DNA from: Marsupella aquatica
Taxonomy: Eukaryota; Plantae; Marchantiophyta
Direction: 5' to 3'
NCBI GenBank assembly: GCA_973895155.1
Contig: OZ316891.1
Location: 31,503,112-31,567,111 of the forward strand
DNA length: 64,000 nt
Part shown: one piece after another, positions 52,128 to 63,000 of the stretch
Position numbering within the stretch: position 1 is the first letter of the stretch
How the letters are laid out: every line of letters begins with the position of its first letter
Made by a program: the position numbers and the translations under genes
The notes under the pieces: generated by a model
What the model was told of the DNA's origin: nothing
What the model saw: the letters and a program-made list of their open reading frames with translations, nothing else
Database searches by the model: none

Positions 52128-55100
52128 ATGTATTCTACAATGCTCTTGGCAATGGAAGCAGAGGCGGCTCGCATTCATCTGGGCGAGCATTTTAACAATT
52201 TTGATGAATTTGATAGATGTTTGGACTCGTGGGCTGTCATGCATGGCCGAGTAGTGTATAGACTTAAAACCTCCCCCAATTTTCAAACAAGGGTTTGCCG
52301 ATTTAGTAAGATTGCTCATCGACATGAAAGAAAGTCAAGTGGTGACATCAGACCTGGGCCAGACAGTTCTGAATGTAGTGATAGTTCAGAAGATGAAGAT
52401 TCACTATATATCCATGAATTGGATGATGAAGATGAACATGAATTAGATTGGCACTATAACAGTCGTTACGGTGAGTATAGTGGGTTCCGTGACAGAGGAA
52501 TGACATCCGAACCAAGGGGGACACGAAGGACACACAATGCCTATGCAGAACCATTATTGACAGCAGAAGAGGTAAAGCTTTCCAAGAGTCCATACCTATA
52601 TCATTGTGGTTTTTTTGAAGGGTTAGAAATGTAATACTTGTCACTCTATGTTTTGATGCATGGTATGTTTGTGCTGCCATTGCAGATGGAAGACCATGAG
52701 TTTCAAATTGCTATTCAACAGATGACAAGATCAACAAACCAGTCTAGAGCAATCGTTCTCACAAATGCTCCACAGGTATACCTCAACCAGAATGTCTTCT
52801 TTGCATTTTACCATCAATGTTTTGTATACGACGTCATGAGTGTCTTCTATGTTTCATATAAACATCCCCATTGTGGTGTGTATTTTGTATACAATGACAC
52901 CACTGTCTTCTGTGTTTCCATATACAATAACATGAATATGTTTTGTGTGGATTGCAATAGGAGGTTCGTGCACCCCTTGGACCTTTGGATCCAAACTGTC
53001 TCCAGAGGAACACAACGATGGCAAAGAAACCACGCACAGTAGTGCAACATAGCAGTGTGTGGCTACCTGGGTCACATGCCCCTGGCACGGTAAAAGTCAG
53101 GAAGATATGTACCACAGGAGTATGCGGGGATTTTTCTAGGTTTAGGCCCCCGCCAGAGTACGATGAAGATGGTTTTGATTGTTCAGCCTACTGCCCATTC
53201 AGGGTCCGATGTCACAGGCAAGCTCACAGCGGGGCTCATATCATTACTGTGTGTGAGCTGAAACACAATTGTCCAGCATCTAAACACAAGTGGAGGGGCC
53301 GAACACAAAAGGCAGTGTGGTTAGGAGACACACTGGCGCCTAGAGTGTGTAGAAATCTGAAGGTGCCGGTCAAAGAACTACTCTGTGGATTTCAAGGGGA
53401 TTATAAAAAGAACAGCACTTACCACCAAATGTGGCAAGCAAAAGACTATGTACGGGATCTGCACCTTGGTGGGCAGGAAGACACGTTTCAAATGATTCCG
53501 GCATTAATTGCCAGGGTGAGAGAGACTGACCCTGGTGCAGTGGCAGTCTGGTCCCCAATGGAAAACTCCAACGTTTTCTGTCGAGCATTCATTTGCCCAT
53601 CAGCTACACGAAAAGCATGTACCTACATTCAACCTCTCATCTCTCTTGATGCATGTCATACAAAGAACAGGAAGTACCTCACTCAACTGTTCTTAGCTAC
53701 ATGTTTGGATGGAAATGGCCAAGGATTGATTCTATGTTACGCAGTAGCTCCAGTTGAGAACACAGATAATTGGATCTGGTTTTTGGAATTGGTAGATAGA
53801 TCACTCTACGGCATTGAATCGCCTCACATGCCACTCATATCAGACCGACAGAAAGGTCTACTTGCCGTTGTGAGTTACGTGTGGCCAGGTAAGATACATG
53901 CAGCATGTGCAAACCACCTAAGAGCTAATGTCAAGAACAGGCATGGCAAAGCAGCAGCAGATATTTTTATAGGATGCATATATGCCAACGATGAAAGACA
54001 GTAAGTCCAAAAACCTTCATTGCTTTGATTCTACATACATTTGACTTCTTATGTATACACCGCATACTCAGTGTTCAATATAGTAATTATATTACCTCTC
54101 CTCGAATACAGAATGTGAAGTACATATCACTCACGCAAATGTTTTCTCTGTGTATGACATGATTGTATACATTAACATCATTGTTTTCCCTGTGCACCTA
54201 TATCAGATTTGAAGCATGTTTGAAGTGACTGGCAGAGTCCGTCAAGGCATATGAGAATGCAAATGTTGTAGACTACATCAGAAGTTTTGATGCAAAACTG
54301 TATGCCAGGCATGCCTTTCCACTTCCCCGCATGGCAAAGGTTACAAGCAACCCTGCTGAGCAAGCAAATTCAAGCTTACTCCCCTTGCGCGAATTTGCTC
54401 CTTGCAAGTTGATGGAGCGCATGTGGGTATATGTTCAGCAAAAGTTTAAAGAAAGGAAAGTAGTTGCGTTGGCGAGACAGGAAGTACTCACTATTCCAGC
54501 CCTGGTCAGGTACAACAAGAATCTCAAGACGTTTGGTCAATGGCAGGTAATCTTCATGCCTGGTCTTGTGTATGCATTAATAGCTACGTGTTCTGTATAT
54601 ACTGTAACATCAATGTCTTCTTAATAGCTCGGTGTTGAATTAAAATACACTAGTATGAATGTATTCTTTATTTGAATAGTTTTATAATTATATCCAAGTT
54701 TTCATATGCTCAGGTGTTTGATGATGGTGCGTCCACAGCCAAGGTTCAAACTACATCCCAAAGTGAGGAGTATCTAGTGTCACTGTCACCAAAGAAATGT
54801 TGCACTTGTTGGGAGCTGCAAGAGATGGTGTGGCCATGTGAGCATATAATGGCTTGGGATGACCAAGAAGGCAGAAACTTTTCTGCTCATTTTCACAAAT
54901 GTTGGCGGACTTCTTCAATTAGGGCTTTGTATGACAATGTTTTACCTAGCTTTATTGTATCAGACTTAATGCCAAGTCCAAATTGTGTTGCTCCTGTGGC
55001 TGCTGTGAAAAGGGGCAGACATAGAATGGTCCGCATCGAACAGGGTTGTGGAGGGAGGCATCCACCTAGGGCTCTTGGAGAAGGCGAAGAATCAATGATT

Positions 55101-55725
55101 GACTCCCTTGGACAACTGTTCTTGAGATATCCATTAGATGATGATCCAAACAGGGTGGAACCCTTTTCAACAGCAAACACTATTGCTAGACTTCCAATTA
55201 TTCTTGTTCAATCGAGGGCAAAGAAAGCGGGGCCTAACACTGGGAAGTGCAGGTGCAGTAAGTGTGGGCAGGTTGGACATAACCGAAGATCTTGTGATAA
55301 AGTCCATAGTGTGACGCCAACAGATCCAGCAAGAGTAAGGATTCCAACATTAACAGTCTTCTTACAAGTATATATCATTACTTGTGGGCTTCATGCATGT
55401 GTGGTCTCATGCTAGGGACAAATTTTAAAATTTCCTTCATATGCAGGTGGATAATGGTGATGCAGTCATTTTGGAGCACCCACCTGCGTCACCCTTTCCT
55501 TGGGAAGACCAACTACTGCAGACTGAATATAGTATTGAATCGACCGCACCAACAGCAGGCACAGGACCAATCCAGAGCATTGTATCTCAGCCCCTTCTCC
55601 CAAATAGTGAACAACAATTGCCACAAGCTTTCATTGATAGGTGCATGGAATTGGCCAATGAGGCTGCAATAGAGTGTCAGGGATTTGGGTCACAATATCA
55701 TGTTGATATTACTGAACCTTACTAG
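52128..55725 (+). pseudogene. MuDRA-like transposase (MuDR DBD, MULE DDE, SWIM, CCHC) with one premature stop
   Basis: Exons 52128-52571, 52686-52775, 52961-54000, 54207-54546, 54714-55334 and 55447-55725 (GT-AG, phases consistent). Motifs SLDAC, ISDRQKGL, CANH, TSNPAE, CTC..PCEH and CSKCGQVGHNRRSC. In-frame TGA at 54226-54228. Confidence 0.9.
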
Positions 55726-56799
55726 TTACTTTATTACTGAACTTTGGTTGTGCATCAAAACAGACTCTTGTCACTTTTTTCCACCATTATTCTCTGATGA
55801 ATACAACATATTCATGTTGTCTTCCCGTTTATCTTCCATGCATGCTTGCACTTGAAGACAGCGACCATGTTGTCTTCTTAACTTCCTTCATTGTTATTGA
55901 AGACATTGACCATAATGTCTTCAAATTTGAATCTACTTCCGCAATGATATTGACGCGCGGGACCGTTGGTCGACATTGAGTGTTCCATGGAGAATGTGCG
56001 GGTTTTGCGAGTGGACTAAAGCGGAGTCTTTGAAGTCGTCCACGTGAGTGACAACAAAGGGAGGAGGTCTTAGGAGACCAGTGTAGTAGAGGACGGACAG
56101 GACAGCACTGCAGCACCAGAGAGAGGTCTGAGTAGATTGTGCAGCGCCCGAGAGCGCCAGAGAGAGCAAGAGCACCAGGGACAGGAGAGCGACAACGAGA
56201 GCGCCAAGGAGAAGATTGCCATTTGGCAATGGCAAAGTTCAATGAAGGCAATGTCGGTTTTGTAGTTCAGTTGTTTTGGGCATTGGGGTTCGCCATATGG
56301 ACCATATTTGCAGGTTTGAGAGCACTACTCTTCTTCCTCCATCGCATGTTGGAACGGATTTTGTGTTTGTCTTCAATGTGGAATCGAGATAGGCTGCCTC
56401 CCCTTGCTCAAAGTACAACGCCATCAAAATTAGAGGGTCACGATTCCCCTGTAGTGGCTGTTGTTGGGCCACCAAAACCTGTATTGGCTAGGAGCCAGGG
56501 TGCTTGTGACGCCGATGACATGGTCCTTATTCTATAATCTGAGTAACTAGGTTGCTGTATGCAAAGAGTAGCTATTGATGCCGCATAACAATTAGCAAGA
56601 TGGCAAGAATAAGGGCAATCATGGCGTTAAGAGTAGGGAAATAAAAGCTATGTCGTGGGTGGTTGGCGACCATATCTCTTTCAATATGTCACCAAATCCG
56701 GATCTGTAAAGAGCATTGGAAAGATCTGGTCAAGGCGAGTAAAATCAATATAAAACACTCGGGAAACGGAGGTGTATTAAGGAAAATATGGCCTAATTA

Positions 56800-57165
56800 G
56801 TGTGACGGGTTAACTTGTGGCCGGAATTAGCGGGTTCGGCTTCAGTTTCGGGTTAACCCAAGCTCGGCCACGGCTTATCTCAGGTAAGCACGGCTTCAGC
56901 TTAGCTCAAGTAAGCACAGCTTCAGCTTAGGCTTAACCCGGGTTCAGATTATATTGATCCCGGGTTAGACTTAACTCGGGTTAGCCTAAACTCGGGCTCA
57001 GGTTAGCATAGGTAAGCTCGGGTTCGGGCTCAACTTAGGCTAGGTTAGCGGATAGCAGATAGTGGGTAGCGGCCTAACCCGAGACCACGGGTTAGCTCTA
57101 CTCGGGTTAGATAGGATAGCTAGGTTAGCCGAACTCGGGTTAGCTATATAACTCGGGTTAGCGCA
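56800..57165. repeat. Cluster of about a dozen CGGGTT / (A)CTCGGGTTAG motifs
   Basis: Motif at 56806, 56831, 56849, 56939, 56961, 56977, 57019, 57088, 57103, 57136 and 57154, plus reverse AACCCG copies. Confidence 0.85.
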
Positions 57166-58917
57166 ACAGTGAGTACCCCCTCTCGGTTGCGGGGGCATAA
57201 CTCTCTGTGTATTTGACCAAATTAGCTATAATTGACCTCGTTGGAAAGAGGAGCTCAATCCGCTTCCAACGCTGCTATCCACGCAGCAAATGGTTGAATA
57301 GAGAAATTGGGAGAGGAGGCGCAAGCTCGCAAAAACCATGGAGGAGGGCCAAATCCGAAGTACATAGCTAATTCGAGATAGAAATAAAGTTGCGAGTTAG
57401 GGTTCAGTAGTTAGAGATAGTGGCGGCTCTGTTAGGGCTGGGATGGGGCTCCATCAGCGTAGTATCCACCCATTTGGGCTCAGTATGAGAGTATATAGAG
57501 CAGCCCCCGGTAGAGGCAAGGGAGGGGGGCTTCAGTTGTGTGATCTCACTTAGACAGAGCAATAGGGAGGAGCTCTGTGCAAGCAAGGCTGGACTTGGAC
57601 GCTGCATGTTGGGGAGAGCTTGGTTGTGCTATTACTCAGGGAGTAATCAACCAAGCTTCACAGCAACGGGTTGCTAGGTTTGCGGGCTGGATTGTGGCTC
57701 TTTCTAGTGGGCAGCACAACTGGGTTCTTTTCCCCCGATACAGAGCCTTGGTGATAGGTGATGTATTGGTGATTGTAAACTGTGGGGAGGATGTCAATTT
57801 GATTTGTGGTGAGCACATTAGGGAGGCTGAGATACTGATTGAGGGGCAGTAGAAGGAGCATTTATAGTTCGGTTTGGCAAGGCTACGTGATCCATGGGGA
57901 GTCCCGGCCTTTGTCTGGTGGAGAGCACTAAGGGATTTATGGCCAGAGCTGAGCTTGCAAGGCAAGCGTGAGGCCGGGCCTCATTGCAGTCTGGGATAGA
58001 TCGCCGTTAGGCCTGGTACCAGCTTTGAAGTCGAGTCAACTGTGCATGCGTAACTTGACGTTTTGAATTGGAGGTGTGAGATCTGTTTGTGCCCCCAAGA
58101 ATGAAGTGCAGTGATGGAGGTTGAGTTCAGGATTGAGTTTGCAAGGCAAGTACGGGATTGGTTCGAGTCCAATCTGCCGTCGCAATCTGGAGTGAGCCGG
58201 GCTCAGGTTCAGGATTGAGCTTGCATGGCAAGCACGGGGCTTGCAGGGCAAGCACGTCGCAATCTGGAGGAGATAGCCTTCGGGCCTATTTTTTGATCAA
58301 GTGTTCCCAGTGAACTATTGTGCACATCTTTGAATCTAATTGAGTTTTCCTCTCAGGCCTCATTTCTCTCATGGATGTGTGTGTGTGTGAGGCAATCTGA
58401 GTGTATGATGGGACTAGCAGCGCCACTGAGAGGTGTACCGGGTGCATTGAAGTGGGTTGGGTGAGGGCTGTCATAGCTCTGATTGCTGAGAGTGGAATGG
58501 TAGAGTGGTGGGGCAATGGCTTAGAAGTCCCTAAGCTGGGAATCAGTCAGGAGTCACTGGTTTATGGGTACATTCCGGTGGCGGAATAGAAATATACCTA
58601 TGACAGTAAGCATACGTATAGACATATGCGCACCGTAGCGCTAGGCCCTGTGTGTACGGGCCCGATATGAAGACCCCTTATCACCAGAACTATCATGAGC
58701 ACGGATCTGATTCCCAACCTTGGTTCTTAGGGATTGAGCTTGGGTGATGTGTGACAGAGTCTTGTTATGATAGTCTGGTGTTAAGGGCATAAATTGGTGT
58801 TTACCGGCCTTCACAACATCCCTTCATGATCCTCAAGTACAAGGAGATGGTTTTGGCACCCATAGTGACATTTTTGGTGTTAAGACCCATGTCAATCGCG
58901 TGACAGTGCTAATGTAG

Positions 58918-59366
58918 GTCCATCTTTGTCAGCCTCACAAGCACAATTGGTTGACGTTGCGCAAACTCAGCCTGCCACAAGGGTGAAATTACAATCACAG
59001 ACTTTGTCCTCTCGCTCTAAGTCAATTGCTCTTCCATACAATTGTGATCTAGGCTCTACCTCAAAGAAGAAATGGTATGCCATTGCTAGGGGGCGCAGTC
59101 CTGGAATATATCGTACTTGGGAGGAGGCAGAATGTCAGGTGAGCGGATTCAGTGGAGCTAGTCACAAGTCTTTTAGGTCCCATTCTGAGGCGGAGGCATG
59201 GCTTCAACGACAATTTAGTGCAATGGGTGCACAATGGAGGGCTCCTATCAAAGCAAATGGTCATAGAGTTAATGTTGAGTTGCTGGGAGTAGATGAGTCT
59301 GGGCATGAAGTATTTAGGTGCACCTGTTGTGGGGAAGTATTTTGTAGCAATGAGCTCTTGACTTAG
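58918..59366 (+). CDS. Protein with RNase H1 N-terminal / caulimovirus P6-type hybrid-binding domain and a C-terminal Cys cluster (probable last exon)
   Basis: KWYAIARGRSPGIYRTWEEAECQVSGFSGASHKSFRSHSEAEAWL is the canonical HBD motif; FRCTCCGEVFC follows. Acceptor AG at 58916-58917; upstream exon unresolved. Confidence 0.75.
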
Positions 59367-59551
59367 TTTACACCACAGTGGTAACAAGTTCAAATAATAG
59401 CTCACAGGAAGTAGCAATTGCAATTTTGCTTTAGTTGCAGACATTGAAGTCTGCAACAACATTGTACTCCAACAATTTAGAGATGTTCTACAAATTTTGA
59501 AACTGTTTTGCAGTTGTTATGTGCATCTTGTGTGAAACCACTAGTGTTGGC

Positions 59552-59774
59552 CATTTACGTACCCTCGCTCAAATTTCTTCTTCAAGCAAAATATCCTGTC
59601 ATTGGAAAAATGGCTAAGTGTGGTGCGAAGACTATATGGACAATGTCTTCCAAAACCCACAACATCCACGGTCATTTACCCCTGCTCAAATGGCTTCTTC
59701 AAGCGAAATATCCTGTCGTTGGAAAAATGGCTAAGTGTGGTGCGAAGACTATATGGACAATGTCTTCCAAAACT
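59552..59774 (+). repeat. Tandem duplication, period ~117 bp
   Basis: atatcctgtc.ttggaaaaatggctaagtgtggtgcgaagactatatggacaatgtcttccaaaac occurs at 59591 and 59708. Confidence 0.92.
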
Positions 59775-60041
59775 GAAGGTGTAGACTGAAGGTAGTATCC
59801 AGCAGAATAAATAACTTTTATACATCAAAACACAGTGAATGCAACTTGCTTTTTATTCATAAATGTTTCCAGTACAAGTTGTAAGTCGAGTTGTGACCTT
59901 GCAGTGTAGATGTATCATGGGCCTCCTTGCCTTCCAATGAAGCTACATTGTATCTGAAGCTACCTCAAGCTACATTGCATCTAAAGACCACTGAAGCTAC
60001 CACAAAAATGGCTTAGTACCACATGGGAAGGGTGTCCATGC

Positions 60042-63000
60042 TCAGTCAGCATACTGGGAAGGGTGCAGGAGTTGGTCAATAACCTCCCTGAATGTATCTT
60101 GTGAAGCAGTCATTTGGGAGTCATGCAAAAGTTGTGATGGCCCAAATGTGTCTACATTGTCACCATCACCTAGCGGGATTTCATGCAAGGGAGTTGGTTG
60201 AGTAGAAGACTGTGCTCCTCTCCCTTGCCACCCGCCTCTACTTGTCACGCTTTTACTTTGCTTTGGCTCGCCTCTCACTCTGTCTTCAACTTCTGATGTT
60301 GCTAAGTCATCATCTTCGGGGTGCAAAAACACAACTTTTGTTTTGGGTTGACTGCCAATAGAGGAACAACCTGCAATGCCTGGCTCATACCCTTGCTTGA
60401 TTTAGAGGCCTCCTTCCTCTTCCTTGAGACAAGAACAGGTACTAAGGACAAAGCAGCTCCTCCTTGTGGTACCTACAACCCACAAAGACATTAGAATACA
60501 TGGACAAAGAGGTATTCACATTCCACAATGAAGCAGAGGAATTTTGCTATTGCACCCTTAGGCATACCTGTGAGGAGTTCGTAGCCGGTGCAGGGCCTGG
60601 TGTTGGCACTGGTATAGGGGCTGGTGCTTCTGCTGGTCCTGGTGTAGGGGCATGTGCTAGTGGTGGTCTAGGGATACCGGCAGGTGCATGTGTTGGTGTT
60701 GTTACAGGGGCAGGGGCTGAGTGTTCATTTGTTGCAATAGGGGTTGGGGCAGGTGCAAGGGATTGCTCCACCAAATTTCCCTTTCCTTTTTGCCTTTTGC
60801 TTGCCTTTTCCCGTTGTTGCCCTTCCTACAATCCAAAGCAACATCAAAAGACATCGACAAAGAGGTATTCACATTACTCAACAATTGGACGCCGCTGATG
60901 AGAAGGAATTCAATTATGTGGCCTAAGACACAAAGGCGTACCTTGGAGGGGTTGGTTGCTGGTACTGGGATTGCTAGTGCCACTGGTGCTGAGGACATTG
61001 CTAACACATCCCTTCCCCTTTGTCTTCCTCCCTACAATGAACAAAATGTTGTAACCATTTACTCTAGACCATGGTTAACCCCTAACCCTATCCTGAAGGG
61101 GTAACATGGGTTAACACCAACCCCAACATGTAACCCTATGGTGACTATATAAGTCACACCCATAATGGAACACAACAGCGAGTTGCAAGTCTCTCCATTG
61201 TCACACAACACGTTATCAGCACGATAGCATCTAAATTTTTTTCAGTTTGGAGTTAAGGTAGGATAATTGGAGTACGGCTTTCAGACAAAGAAATTGACTT
61301 CCAATGTTGCGTTTTTAGCCCCACCCCACATCAGTAACTGCCACCGATTCAAATCACACCATAATTTAAACTTCGGATCCTCTGAATAGTCCACGAATCC
61401 TTACGGAAAACACACAATCCGTATATAATTGATTAGTGACACTATCGGAGAGGCATGAATCACTTTGAAATAGTGTTTTCCCGTTCAAATTCGACTCAAT
61501 TTTTTTTATATCTTATTGTTCCGCCACGGAAATCCTGAGTTTCTTTTATCGCCAAGGAAAATCCCGTGGATAAAAAGGCACGAGTGATTGAAGTAATTGA
61601 GAACGACATAGATTTGATATTAATCAGAACGCGGACAGTGATTTGTTACAGATTTGAGATACTATGGCCACCCTGGAGAAATTACACTTTCCAGCCCTAT
61701 TGGCAGATGGCAATAATTACTTAACCTGGTCAATAGATGTAGAGACCTACTTCGCATCAATACAACTAGAGGATACATTAATTACTGATGACAATTTAAC
61801 ATTGCAACAGAAGGCCAAAGCTGTATTTCTACTTAGACAGCATTTGACACCATCACTAAAGACACAATATATGAGTGATCTTAAACCTAAACCCTAAACC
61901 CTAAACCTATATGGAGTCTTAGACTCCGAAATATATATGAAAGCTCCAAAGGAATTGCTCGAAAGAGTGGTAGAGCACATCCAGGGGAAGAATATACATA
62001 CCCTAAGTCAGGACATGAAGTCGGGACTTCGACAGATTGTCCCTGATGATGACATTAAAGGCCTAGTGTTGAGCAGTGGCAACACACTCAAAGAACCACT
62101 CCAGTACCCAGGTAAATATGGGACTGGACAGCAGGCATTTGCTGTGCAAGTCCTTAAATCAATAAACGGACTGAAACAGAGCGGACGCATCTGGTATCAG
62201 ACATTCAAAACTAAGATGCAGACTCTTGGCTTTATAAATGACGACCTCGCCCCTTGCATTTTTATAAAACACCTAGCACCTGAGTTCGTGATATTAGCAC
62301 TATATGTTGATGACGTCAATCTGTTCGGCACCCCCAAGCTATTAAAGCAGACTATTAATACAATGAAGGGCATCTTCGAAATGAAAGAACTGGGAGAACC
62401 GACGTATTGCCTCGGTCTACAGTTCGACCACCTGCCACAAGGTATGTTTATTAGTCAATCAACTTACACAAAGAAAATTCTTCGACAGTTTAACATGCAG
62501 AATGCTTACTCAGTCTCGACTCCCATGGAGATGCGATCCCTGGACACCACTAAAGATATGTTTAGAAGGAGACAAGAAAATGAACCACTTCTTGATGCAG
62601 ACAAGCCTTATTTATCTGCAATCGGAGCTCTCCTCTATCTGGCGAACAACACCCGTCCCGACATTTCATTTGCAGTGAGTCTCTTGGCACGACATAGCGC
62701 CCAACCTACTATTCGCCACTGGAACGGCATCAAACGACTATTTCGTTATCTTCAAGGCTCCATGGATATGGGCCTGTATTTCGCCAATGATAACCCGGAT
62801 GAACTGCAAGGATACGCGGACACTGGATATCTATCCGATCCGCATGACTCGAAATCTCAGACTGGTTATGTCTTCTTGCAAGGCAACACAGCAATATCAT
62901 GGCGCAGTACAAAACAAACCTTGACTACCACATCGTCCAATCATTCAGAAGTAATAGCTCTTTACGAAGCAACAAGAGAAGCGCTATGGCTTCGAAACAT

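Noticed and set aside
55829-56537. Overlapping hydrophobic ORFs on both strands downstream of the transposase
   Set aside because: No recognisable domain and the strand is ambiguous; a small MULE accessory gene cannot be excluded.
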